A DNA stretch of 62,238 nt, counting the filler. It is 13 parts of 13 records of this genome, joined end to end, with 100 filler letters (N's around TTAATTAATTAA, not from the genome) between each part and the next. Parts side by side here need not be neighbours in the genome. Positions count along the whole stretch, not along the records: positions 43,101 to 48,652 come from SRR15195285_10554; positions 48,753 to 53,572 come from SRR15195285_10556; positions 53,673 to 57,197 come from SRR15195285_10575; 10 more parts are not named here. One strand, written 5' to 3'. Made by a program: the position numbers and the translations under genes. Below the pieces are notes generated by a model. It was not told where the DNA came from, ran no database searches, and worked only from the letters and a program-made list of their open reading frames with translations. Of the stretch, positions 43,219 to 55,587 are shown piece by piece. Positions within the stretch are counted from its first letter, which is position 1; every line of letters begins with the position of its first letter.

Positions 43219-46200
43219 GGGATGGAGACGGACTGCTTCACGGCGGCGACCGGCGTGTGCTCCGACCCGGCGCTGAGAAACGATGGTTTCTGCGACGAGC
43301 GGCTCAACTGTGGCGCCCCCGACCCGGATTGCAACTTCGGGGCGCCGACCAGACACCACCCGAACGCCAACCACTTCGGCGGCTTGATTGTGCGTCCAAC
43401 AGCTGTGTCGGACAAGTCCCCGCACACCCCACACTCCGCACACTCCGACCCAGCCACCCTAACCTCAAGTGCAGGGGCGTGGCCTGGTTTCAGCACCGCC
43501 ACCACCCGCTCGCCTGATTTCGTGTGGCGCACGTGCGCAGGTTACCGACACGAACACCGCGCGGATCTTGCAGTACGTGCCCGAAGATCCCAGCCTGGCG
43601 GCAGAAGCAGCCTGTGCCTCTCCCGATGCAGCCGGCGCGTGTACCCCGCCGCTGCAGGTGCCCGACGGGGGTGAGTACCGCGTGCTCACTGAAGACGACG
43701 CTCTGATCGACTTCAAGCTGAACGGCCAGATCGCTGCCGGCACCACATCACAGACAAAGCGTTACCTGTTCGGCATCACATCGAGTACTGCCTCTCACAC
43801 GCTGTATCGCATAGACACCTTGACTGACACGATTGACTCCAAGTCGCTCATCAATTTCCCAGCACGATGGGAGCAGCTCGGTACCCACTCGAGCACCAAA
43901 TGGCGATACAAACTACCAACCAGCCACAAAGCCAGCCACCCGTGCCGCTGCACTAGCTCCGACACGGACTGGAAGCAAGGCTCGGGGCTCCCGTGGCAGC
44001 GGGACGAGAGCGTAGATGGCCAAACCATCACGCTCATTGACGGCAACAGCGACTTTGAGATCCCGTACCGAACCGATGGTAACACAGGTCTAGCTATGAC
44101 CTTGAGCAACGCGGGGGGTAGCCCACTTCAATGGGCTGATCTGGAGACCGCGGGCTGCATCGCGGCTGAGGTTGTTGCTGAAACATCTGCCTGCGGGATG
44201 ACAGCAGCTCAAGAGACAGCGTTCCTCGACACGCACACCGTCAGTTACTACCCGGCTACCACCACAGCTGATGACACCGCCTGTGCCGTCCTCGAGCCCC
44301 GGCTATGCTCGCTTGCCGTCGACGAAAGGTCTGGAACAGCAAGGACCATCAACTACGTCGACATGTGCTCGGGTGCCACAGTCGCCGAGGAGCCGGAACC
44401 CCGACAAATCCCAGGTGGTACGCAAATCGGTGATGCGAATACATGCATCGTGAACGGCTGCTGCTCGTGCACCTATGGCCTGTGCGATGCCGCTATGGCA
44501 GTCGATGCTAGTACCGATACTGCCGACGCGTCGTTTCAGCTGGACTTCACAGACGGTTGGGGAGGGGCCGGGTGGCAAGGAATTCAGCTCGCTCCATACA
44601 CTGACGCTTCGCCAAGACCGACCAATTATGCAGATGGGGATCAAGAGGCAATATTGACCACGTCGGTAAATCACGCTCAACGCATGTACGCTGTGTCTCA
44701 GCCGTACGGAGTCTTCAAATACGACCTGGCAGCAGATGGCACACCCACTTTTCTCGGCACCGTGCTGCAGTGCGAGGACCACCAGGGCAACCGTATGTCA
44801 GGGGCAACAGCCAAGCTGACGATGAATGCCCCCGGCAACGGGCACGCCGAAGGCATGTTCGTAGTGTGCGAGCGGCGTGACAGTGTTAATCTGCCCGATG
44901 CGGCTTACCTCTTCTATTGTGCCCTTGACACAACAAGCGATGCGACGTGGAGAGAGCAGGGACGATGCGCATATGTGGCTGGTGGTGGGCAGTTGTCGGT
45001 CGGCGTCGACGTGCCGGACTTCCAAGGAGGCGCCGATGCTGCGAAGAAGCTCAACAATGAGTTGATCCGCGACGTAGTCATTCTAAACGCAGTTGAAGCT
45101 GGAACCAGCAGAACGTACGATCTCGTTACTGTCGAAAGCCGTGTCCCAACCTCCAAGATGTACAGGTACAGCGTCACCATTAACCACGGATCAACTACCA
45201 GCAGCCCGTCAGTCACTGCTGTCAGCTCTGTCGAGTTTTTGGACGGCAACGACCAGGACCTCAAAGATGCAACGGGTCGTGACGTTTTCGACTTCTGGGC
45301 TGCAGCAGTACAGCCTGACGGCAGCGCACATTTTATTGCCCCGCAGGCACCCCCAGCCGAGCTGTATATCACAGACTATTCCTTCAACGCCATCATCAAA
45401 GTACGATATGCCGCAACGGGCCCCGCCTTAGCAACCGGTGCTAGGATGTTTGGTACCAAGTCAGCGATGGTTCCGGCCGGCGTCCCTATGTTTATGGATG
45501 GTCCTGTGGCAGCACAGAGTTATGTGCACGGCTTTCGCGACTCTGTGGCAGGTCATAAAGTCTACGTCAAGGTAACCGTACATAATATGGCTGGCCAACC
45601 AGCAAATGAGGATGAGGACCAAGCTGCTCACATTGAAATCGCTGTAACTGGACAAGTGTCTATTGGCGGGCAGGACGTGACAGTTGTCATTCCCGGGACT
45701 GTCGCAGCTCGCGACGAGGACATCTACAGCACTGGCTGTGAGTGCACTCCATCTGGAACTCCATCTGGCTGTGAGTGTGCACAAAATGTGTTCTGGGCAC
45801 ATTATGTCGCCACGCAGGCAGGCGTGTTCAGCGCTAGTGCCACGATGGGCCCGTTTGCAGAGCACGTGGTCGGCAGCCCGCACAGCGTAACGGTTGTGCC
45901 AACAGAGGTTGATCCACAGAAGACGCTTGTTACACGCGATGGCGATGCAAATGTACGAGCCGGGGAGGGAGGCGTGCTGCTGATCTCCACATTTGACGAG
46001 TTCGGCAATAAACGGACAGCGGGTCTTCAAACGAGAAAAGACCCGCCTGAGAGGTTCAAATGGTCTCTCAAAACCCAACCAAACGGCATGAACGTAATTA
46101 ATCGTCGCGACACGTATGACCCGCAGGCACAGGTTTCTACCGCGCCTGTAGAGCTGACGGACGCAGAACTCCGCGGTCAGTGCGAAAGGGACTTGCTCAC

Positions 46201-48055
46201 CCTTGAGACAACACCGTACTGGCAAGGGGAAGCTGACTACGAAGTGTTCCGGTCAGGAACGTATCAGTTCCAAATGTTCATGCTGGTGAATGACATAGAC
46301 TACAATGTTTACGTCGATACCGTGGTCGTGCTACCTAGTGAGATCAGCGCCGGCCATTGCACTGCTGAATCTCAGTTTTTTTACCGGGCAGACGTCAACG
46401 AAGTCACTGCCGTCATTTCTACCCCGGTCTCGGTCAAGATTACGCCTCGCGACCAATACTCCAATCCTGTGACTACACCTCAGACATTTGTGATCGACCG
46501 TAAGGCGACTGCCTACACTGGGCCACTGCCGATGGATTGCTTGAACGATGCAGCGGCTGGAGAGTACGATTGCAACGCAGTGTGGACAGAAGAAGCACAA
46601 GAAACATATGAAGTCAGGTTCTACCTAGATGATGGCACCCTCGTCGATGGAGTTGGTGCCGATGCACTTGTAACACTCTCATCAGACGAGCTAGAGGCGA
46701 CAGACACTCTCATTGGCGTGGCATGGCCAGCTGGTGGGGGGGCCACAGGTGTGGCTGAGATCCGTGCAGTCTCTAAGGACGGGACCCCGCCTACATGCGA
46801 TGATGTTGAGAATATAAACATTCTCATCCAGTTTGTGACGGCTCTTGTCATATGCATTGGGCTCGGAATGTCCGTGTGGCTTGCGATGGCGCGCACAAGC
46901 AGCTTCATCCGAATGACATCGCCGGTACTCGGCCAGGTCATCATTTGGGGCGGTGTGATCCATCTCTTCTCGGTACTGCTCTGGACGATCGACCCAGGCG
47001 AGTCGGGCTGGTCGTCAGACGGCTTCAATTTCTGCTCTGTGCGCATGTGGACATTCTCTATGTCATTCGGGATGATATGGGGGACCCTCTCGCTCAAGAC
47101 GTATCGGGTCAAGGAGCTGGTGATGCAGCAGTCAAATAACGCAGCTGGATACCAAGAGATATCCGACTCTAAACTTCTCACATGGGTCCTTCTCATCGTG
47201 TTCTGTGAAATGGTCATTTCCTGCGTGTACTCGTTCTACGACGACGGGCCGCAGTATGACCGGAAGCCTTGCCCTGAGGGTATACCACCTCAAACATTCT
47301 GCGACACCGGGGAGACGTTCAACACGTTTGCAGCAATGCTGGCAGTCTTCAACGGTGCACTTGTTGTTTTCGCGCTCGTGCAGGCTATCCAGACGCGCGG
47401 GGTGCTGGGACAAGCAGTCGGTGGAGGTGACAATGCCGCTCAAGCGCAGAACTCCGCAGCCGCGTTCGTTGAAGCTCCACACATCGGGTTCTCCATCTAC
47501 AATATGGCGTTTACATCTGTCGTCCTGTATCCTGCGTGCGGGCTGATGAACCCCAAAACCAGCACCACCACGTACACGCTGCTCCGGTCCGGTGCATCAA
47601 TATGGTCCTGCTTTATCGTTTTCGTCTTCGTCTTCGGTCTCAAAATCCGGGACAAAAACCAGTTCGACGAACAAGAACGATTGAATCGTTCGCAGAAGCT
47701 GTCGGCCAGGCAGTTGGGTGGTGGACCGTCAAGCTACTCAGATGGTGGCATGCACAGCATGCGCGGAGGCGGACAGGCCCCACCGGGTGCAGGTGGACAG
47801 AGTTACCGTGGCCAGTCGCCCGCGCGCCAGGGTGGTGGCATGAACCCTGCGCGTGTAGGTACGTCCCCTGCGCGCGGCGGCGGCCCCTCCCAACCGGGTC
47901 AACGTGGCCGCTCGCCTCAGCGCGGTGGTGGTCCTCCGCGCGGCCCACCGCGCGGCGGTGGTCCGCCACGAGGCATGTCGCCGCAACGCGGAGGGCCACC
48001 ACGAGGCATGTCGCCGCAACGCGGCCCGCCTGCAGGCGGCGAGAACTGGGCCTAA
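43219..48055 (+). CDS. Class C (7tm_3, GABA-B/Dictyostelium Grl-like) GPCR with large ectodomain containing filamin-type Ig repeats; 5'-truncated; intron 43390-43540
   Basis: IRMTSP...IIWG, CSVRMW...SFGMIWGTL.LKTYRV and EA..IGFSIYN fit the class C 7TM pattern. VGSP.SV.V.P, DEFGN and PRDQYSN are filamin-like. Gly/Pro/Arg-rich tail. Confidence 0.85.
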
Positions 48056-48752
48056 CCCTCAGGAACGTCGTCCTCAAGCCCGGCATGCAGAGACACCACA
48101 TAACCTTCTTGTGGGTTGGTGCCAGTATGGAGCAACAGAGGTCGCGGAAGCTCTCAGACTGATGCAATGGATTGTCATTCTCCGAATGATGTTTTTTCAC
48201 CGTCCGTGTGCATTCACGCGCACCAACTGCACTAGACGTCTACCGACTGCAAAAGACCCTGATGAGATTCACCCACGGCCTTTGCACCACGCTAATGTCT
48301 TTAGGTCCCAGTCGCTTATGAAAGCTGTTTCGTTGCCAGCTTTTCATTGGTGTACATGTAGTCTGACAATTTGGTCTGGTACAATGCCTTCGGGTATTGC
48401 CGTGACGTGATGCTGTGGTCTCGCTTGTGCTTTTCGAGAACCGATGCAAATGGCACCACCCGCGTGGATACCCAACGTCGCAGCCTAGCACAGCGGCCCC
48501 CGAGCCGTGGCTCAACAAGAGTACCACACGAGACGCCATTGAGCCACAGAGATAGTCAACCAGGGGCGTTAGGGTAATTTGAGTAGTTTTGGGGTACACG
48601 TAGAGGGTTTGTCGAGGCCAGGAATCACGTGAGTCATCTGACAGGTGGGTGGNNNNNNNNNNNNNNNNNNNNNNNNNNNNNNNNNNNNNNNNNNNNTTAA
48701 TTAATTAANNNNNNNNNNNNNNNNNNNNNNNNNNNNNNNNNNNNNNNNNNNN

Positions 48753-49044
48753 GCATATGCCGCCTCGTTGCCGGCGTCACCAGCGCACACGACTTCTACA
48801 ACGACTCCGTAGCAAGTCGTGCTCCGCGAGGTAGAGCCCTTTGTTTTCTGGAGCAGCTGTCCGATACTCCAACCGCCCGATTCGGCTTTCGCGATCTCCT
48901 CGTTTCGCGAGCGTACGTCTTCTCGATTGATGAAATCCAGGACGACCTGCGTCAGCAGCACGCGCTCGGTGTGAGCAGCGCCAGCAGGCTAGGCGGCAAG
49001 CGTAGCAGGTTGGGTATGACGACCTGGGGGGTGCCGGCGCTCAT
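48753..49044 (-). CDS. 5' end of a hypothetical gene (MSAGTPQ|VVLDFINRED...), intron 48947-49023
   Basis: ATG at 49044. A 77-nt GT-AG intron with a CTGAC branch site joins it to the frame that runs into the linker. Confidence 0.5.
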
Positions 49045-49504
49045 CTGATCGAGCTTGCAGACAGATTCTGTTGCACGCGCCGCGCGCCCTTGTCCGCCGC
49101 CCCTCAAGCGTGTGCGCCGTTCTTCCTGCACTGCTGCACTGCTGCACTGCTGCTGCCCCTCCGTCGTCCTTGTCCCTCCGACGGTACTCCGTCTATACGT
49201 AACAGTAGTTCTGCTGCAGCTGGTAGCCTACGCAGTAACCCGCCTAGCTCCGTCAGAGATCTCAGAATGCTCTTCCGGGACGCGGGCGTGCGACGTAGTG
49301 ATCCGGCGGTAGTGTCACGCTATCCGCAATACAGGCAGGTACCTCCGGAAGGTTAGTATCTCTGAGGATATTATGGTCACGGTGGAATCAGACGGCCGTC
49401 GGGAATCTCGAGATATACCGTAGCAAATACTGCGCATTGACACGGTATCAAAATTGCATTGTTGCATCACAATGATTCATGATTGTGCGACCGCGGCTCC
49501 CGAT

Positions 49505-49932
49505 TAGGGTGGGCCCACGGAAGTGAACATCAGGTGGTCACATCCGGCACAATTCCGGATGGCTTTGATGTGATCACATCCAGGTCACATCCTGCACCAT
49601 TTGGGAACATCCGAACTCAAACTCAGACAAACAGGGGTCACGCTGGATTAGAGTATATTGTACACTGTACTGTAGGAATTCCTACAGTAGAGAATTCAGT
49701 AGGGAATTCCATTCTGTGCGTTGATCCCGTGGGTGGCAGGTCGTCGTGGGCGTGCTTGGTGGCGAAGGGTCGCGCGCGGACCGGGATTCCGGGAGGCAAA
49801 TCAACATCAATCACATCAGATGTCCGGATGTGACATCACATCCTGCATGACCGCCGAGGCAAATCAACATCAATCACATCGGATGTGACATCACATCCTG
49901 CATGATCTGGTCACTTCCGCGGGCCCACCCTA
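49505..49932. mobile_element. Non-autonomous hAT-type MITE, 428 bp
   Basis: 22-bp TIRs TAGGGTGGGCCC[A/G]CGGAAGTGA (49505-49526 and 49911-49932, one mismatch). Perfect 8-bp TSD CTCCCGAT (49497-49504 and 49933-49940). Many subterminal TCACATCC repeats. Confidence 0.92.
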
Positions 49933-50413
49933 CTCCCGATGCGACTGCGGACTGGATGCGGATGCCGGCAGGAGGCTCCTGCATGAGGGAGGTGCCAGTG
50001 GGGAGGGGTCTAGTGAGGGGTTTTAGCTGGCGATAAGGTTAGGGGCAGGGGCACAGGGCTGGTGCAGACCGTGCTGTTAGGTCAGGTAGACGGTGTGGCG
50101 TCCCTGCAGCCGCTTGTAGCGTAGCGGGAATGGGGTGTCGGAGCACGGGCAGCCCCGGTCTCGCTGTGCTGGTGTGGCTGCAACGGCGCAACCTGGCCCG
50201 AAATGCACCGGATTGTGATTCCAGACAGACTCTGACATCCTAGGCAGGACGCGGTTCACGGTGGGTTCAGACGCAATTGCTGTATCACCCTGATGTTCTT
50301 GATATCCAGCTCGTGGACTTCGGTTGGAGGACGCCACCATCGTCAGCTTCACTCGTCGTTCGCCACGCTGGGCCTCATGATGAGACGTGCATGCAACGCC
50401 GACCACGTCTTGT

Positions 50414-50700
50414 TTACCGCTGGAGCGCGCACACTAGCGCGCACACTAGTGCCAAGAGTGGTGCTGCCACGGGCGTAGTGGCGGAAGCCTTCTCCTCAGG
50501 TAGAGTGCAGCCGCTCAGCGTGTACGCGCCAGCCGCAGTGCACGCCGCCACGGCCGGAGTGCCCTCGTAGCCCGTGGCGCACACCGGAGTCACGTCGAAG
50601 CCAAGCGTGACACTGAGCTCGGCTTCCGTGACGTTGTAGCCGGTAATGTCGTCCGGCTGCGTGCACAGGATCTGAGTGCAGCCGGCGTCATAGTACGAGC
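50414..50700 (-). CDS. Terminal exon or fragment of a Cys-containing surface protein with a GPI-like hydrophobic tail
   Basis: CTQP...GY...E..L....FDV...CATGYEG...A.C...G.YTLSGC module followed by ASATTPVAAPLLALVCALVCAL*. No upstream exon found. Confidence 0.55.
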
Positions 50701-51236
50701 GCACCGCAAGACGCACCGCATGCATCGCCAGCTAGCCTGCGTGGGAGAATGCTCAGAACCAGTATATCATTTCGAATCAATTCTATTGATGGATGATAGT
50801 AATTGGGTCCTACGGACGCCACCCATGACGCCACCCATGCATCGCCAGCTTTTGGGTGTCTTCCGCTGATGGACAAGTGACTTCCCGAGGTCCGCTAATG
50901 GCTGATGCAGCAAGTGTCCGGCATCGAAATTTGTCCAGAGAATCACTTGCAATGAAGCGCCGGAGTGTACTAAACGCCATGCATTTTCGGAATTCCAAAT
51001 TTGAGCTCGACTGATTTACTGGCTGAGTTTCACTCTCGCTGGGTATGAAGAACTCACTGATAAATACAGGGTCCCACTCTTCATCGCCTCGAGATTTTCG
51101 TATTTTCGGGGAATACTACCACAATTACTTCTAATTCGACTAATTTTGATGACTTCCGCTGTGACTGCATGTGCAGGCTCGCTGTGACTGCATGTTCAAA
51201 TGTGCAGTCTTGCTGTCGAAGAGGTCCAGCAGCTCG

Positions 51237-53359
51237 ATGGTGGGCGCGGTTTCGCTGTTCACAGTGCTCGCAGTGCTCGCAGTGCTAGCAGAGACGGCAT
51301 GCGCTCTGCCGCTCAGCAGATCCTCGCAGCTCGGGGCGGGTGTTGGTGACGAAGCCTTGGTGGCCGCCCTGCGTCGCTCGAACTTCATCCAGGTGCCAGG
51401 GCCCAACCCGCTGCTCAGGGCAAGGCACGCAGGCGACGACGGCGATGACAACGGCGCGGGGGCGAGCTGGCCGGGGGCAGGTACGATGATGGAGTTCGGA
51501 GACGTCTTCCGCGACTTTGACGTGTACTACCTCTACACACACGCCGGGCCGTTCGCGGACGGCAACTACGAGATCGGCGTCGCCACAGCTCCATCGCCCA
51601 CCGGGCCCTGGACGCTGCGCGACGACGTCAACCCGGTGCTGCGCTCCGGCGAGCCGTGGAACAGTAAGTCGGCAGGCGTCGCATGTGCTTGCATGGTAAA
51701 GCGTGGCATCGCGTCCAACCTGGACAGCGCTCCCAACTACCACGATGGTGAGGACCACTCGCTGATCCCACTCGGTGGTAATCACACGTACCTCATGTAC
51801 TACTGCGGCACAGACGGCTCTGAGAAGGGCGGATGGAACATGGGCGTGGCCACAGCGCCACACCCACTTGGGCCCTTTACACCGTACAAAGGCAACCCGC
51901 TCGTGCCCAAAACCTGGCCGGGTGTCAACGAATCGGAGGGCTTCTATCCCTCTCAGGTTCTCAACGTTGACGGCGGCTATATCATGTACGGCGAGACCAT
52001 TCTCACCCCCAGCCATGGCGCTGGTGGCGACGGTCCTGGCAGTCCTGGACAGACCAGCTCAGTGCCACTCGGTGGCATCGGTGTTTGGCGCAGCCCGAGG
52101 CCAGAAGGACCGTTCACCTGGGCTGGCGAGGCTGACATGCCAGCCTACTGGGGTGGTTGGGACGATGGTGGGAGCTCCTCCGGGGCAGTTACGATCCACG
52201 GTGGAGTGTTCGAGATGTGGTGCGTGCATGCCACTGGCCTAGCGTGCTGACAATCTGATTCTCTGTCTAGAACGGTGGGTTTGAGTACGCCTGCTGCATG
52301 CCAGGTACGACGGCGCGAAGCTGCGTGCACAGGGCGCTAAAGATGTGTACGCCGCAGGGTCTCTCGGTCGGTGGGAAAACATTGGTGTGGCGTATTCGAC
52401 GAACGGCGTAAATTTCTCCAAAAATGTATGTACGCAAGAGCCTAATATCACTGACATTCTTGCTCGGCTGACGCTGCTTTCAATACTTTATTCGACAGGT
52501 GAACAATCCCATCGTCAACGCAATCGACCAGCCCTCCGTGCCACAGATTGACCGCAACACTGCCACGTCTCTTTCGGAGTGCAAGATGTTGTACGAGCAT
52601 CCGTACCGATACGTCTTTAGCACGATGCGATGGGAACATGGAGCCCACGGCTCGATCTCGTCAGATTCTGTGGAGGACCTTGGCGTGACAGTGCTTGTCG
52701 ATGCTGAGTATGCTGCCAGCGCTGGGTGGAGGCTGCCTATGAGTGTCATCGCCCCACGGATGGTCCGCAATGGCGAGAGCCTACTGGCGAACACCACGCT
52801 GTCGATCGCGGCGGCAAAGGAGATCGATATCACGCTCAGCTTCGTCGCCCCTGCCGCGATCACAACCAACCCGATCTCGTACAACATCAGTGTCGTGCTG
52901 CTCACTGGTGAGGTGGACGGTGTGTTCGATTCTTTGGCGAACGTCCGACCTGCAGAGTTCATCGGCTCGGTCGGTGGTGCAGCGCAACACCACCATGCAT
53001 CACCACCAGCTCCTCCATGCACACCTGCGCAGAATGTTAGTGGCCCACCAGTGCCAGGAAAGAAGGATGGTTGCGATGCGTCTTGGCACTGTGGCGTGTG
53101 CCGGATAGGTTCGATCGCGCCCAGCGACTGCATGAGTTGCCAACCGGGTTTTGTGTTCGACCGTCGCAGCGCCGATTGTACAGGCGTGTGCACGGTTCCA
53201 GCGGAACGGTTCAGGCAGCAGACGCTGCCAGCCGCGGGCGGTGAGCGCGTCCGTGGACGGTTTGCACAGATCTTAGCGAAGGTGGAGCTGGATGATGGGG
53301 AGGTGGGGAAGCCTTTGTTGCTTGAGGACTTCAGTGTGATCGTATCGCTTGCAGGTTGA
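51237..53359 (+). CDS. Secreted five-bladed beta-propeller glycoside hydrolase-like protein (GH43/32/130 type); introns 52220-52304 and 52426-52498
   Basis: Signal peptide. Repeated blades YYLY...IGVATA.SPTGPW..NPVL, YLMYY...MGVATA.HPLGPF...NPLV and EMWY...IGVAYS.NG..F.K..NPI. Cys-rich insert near the C-terminus. Confidence 0.8.
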
Positions 53360-53760
53360 GCCCTTTGCTGAGAGTGGTCATACTAAATTATCCGATGGCA
53401 AAGAGCTCGTCTGAAGATGCGCATGAGTGGACATGGCATTTGCATGATTTCCCAATGAATATGATGTGTAACTGGATGACCAATCGATCTGAATTACCCC
53501 CTCTCATGAACACCATGTCGCTTTGCACTGAGACCAACCACTGCATGGTTTTCGCAATCGTGGTTGACAAAANNNNNNNNNNNNNNNNNNNNNNNNNNNN
53601 NNNNNNNNNNNNNNNNTTAATTAATTAANNNNNNNNNNNNNNNNNNNNNNNNNNNNNNNNNNNNNNNNNNNNTCTGATCGACACGTCTGGCGCACGTTGA
53701 GGCGCCGGCCGGTGGTGCCGCCGTGCGTGAGCCTGGGGCGCCGGCGCCTGCGTGGTGGCA

Positions 53761-55545
53761 ATGACCAGCGAGCAGGTGTCGCTCCTGCAGGGCAGCGACA
53801 GTGCTGGTCGCATCCACGTCCAGGGCGACGACGACTGCGAGGCGTCCACACACAACGATGCTTTGGTCTACGCTGAACTGGCAACGGGCCACGGCGACCT
53901 GGCGCCCACAATGCCATCGGAAAGGCACTGGAGCGCGCTGGACTTTGCGCGCATGTGGATCTCCATCTTGGTCAATCCGTCAGGTTACATCCTGGGCGCT
54001 GCGCTGCTGCACCTTGGGCTCGGGTGGAAAGAGGCGCTGCTTGCTGTCTTTGTTGGGTCCAGCTTACTGGTGCTGGCCCTGATCGCCAACGCCGTTGCCG
54101 GAGCGAGGTACGGAATACCCTTTCCTGTGCTGGCGCGGCTATCGTTCGGGTACGAGGGTGCAAAGGTGGTTGCAGTACTGCGCGGCCTGATCGCAATCTA
54201 TTACATCAGTATCAACATGTGGATCGGAGCCGAGGCACTGGTGAAAGGTTACAATGCCGTGGTGGCTCCCAGTACAAGCAGCGGCAGTGGTAGCGACGGG
54301 AGTGGCCCAGGCGATACTGCGGATGCTGGCGACAGCGTGTCCGTCGGCCGGCTCTCTTCATTTGCTGCCTACGCGCTGCTGCACGTCGCAGTATTTGCAG
54401 GCGACGGTATCCGTGCAATGCGTTTTCTTGCAAAATGGTTGATGCCACTGCAGATCGGTGGATTGATCGCCATCATTTCCTGGGCGCTGTCCTCCGTCCC
54501 ACTCAGTGCAATACTTGCAAGCACGAATAGTATGGTAGGACAACGACAGGGTTGGGCGTTTCCGGTGGCCTTGACGACCGTGGTCTCGAGCTGGAGCACG
54601 ATGTCCCTCAACATTGCGGACATTTCGCGCTTCGCTCGGTCACAGCGCGCGCAAGCTGTGGGGCAGTGTGTCGGGTTTGTGCTACCGAACGTGTTGGTGG
54701 CCTCTGTCGGTATCTTTACGACTGGCGCTGCAAGCAAGCTGTACCCAGAGAAGGCCAGTGAGCTGTGGAATTTTGTAACGCTGCTGGAGTTGTGGCCGCC
54801 AGTCGTCTCGGTGGGTGCGGCGCTCATCTTGTCGGGATCAATCCTGAGTCACAACATCGCTGCAAATGTCGTGAGCCCGGCGAATGACCTCGCGAATCTG
54901 TTACCTAATCGGGTCAGTTTTCGTGCAGGTGCATACGGTTCCATTGCGATTGCAGCATGTCTCATGCCATGGAAAATCCTTGCGACACCGGGCGGTTACA
55001 TCCAATCATTTGTACTTGCCTATTCGACGTTCACAGGGGCTATTCTGGGTGTTATGCTAGCAGACTTCTTTGTTGTCCGCCGTGGCGTGTTGGACGTACC
55101 TACTCTCTACCAGGCCCATGGTCCCTGCAAATACAGCTGCGGTAGGCCTCTGTTCCCAATGACTTCGTTGTATTGTGCCACCTAACCTCTGTTCAGCACC
55201 CCTGTAAATTGAGTGCATGTGTACGGTTGCTGCCGCTCTATAGGGATCAATCTCGTTGGTTTCTCGAGCGCACTGTTCGCCGTCGCGCCGTGCTTACCTG
55301 GCCTCTTCGCTCGACTGATGGGGCGGGAACTCGCTGCCTCGGAGACCAGCACATCACCAATCGTCGTGACGCTGTCGCACATTTACGACTGCGCGTGGTT
55401 CTCTTCAGTTGCATTAGCCGCTGCTTGTTACATATTGCTATCGCAGTGCGTGCCCAGCTACCAACAGTTGCCTGCCGTGGGCACACGACGAAAATTGGGG
55501 GGGTCTTTGCCTGACATCATCGTGATTAATGAAAACGTGAACTAA
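53761..55545 (+). CDS. NCS1 nucleobase:cation symporter (uracil/allantoin permease family); intron 55142-55243
   Basis: GARYGIPFPVLARLSFG, WSTMSLNIADISRFARSQ, NIAANVVSPANDL, MPWK, GAILGVMLADFFVVRRG.LDV..LY; about 12 TM segments. Confidence 0.93.
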
Positions 55546-55587
55546 TGGACACCACGGATTGAGAAATGCCATGCTTCATTTTAACGC

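Noticed and set aside
49505-49932. Tc1/mariner assignment from flanking TA
   Set aside because: The TA belongs to the TIR. The perfect 8-bp duplication outside it fits hAT better.
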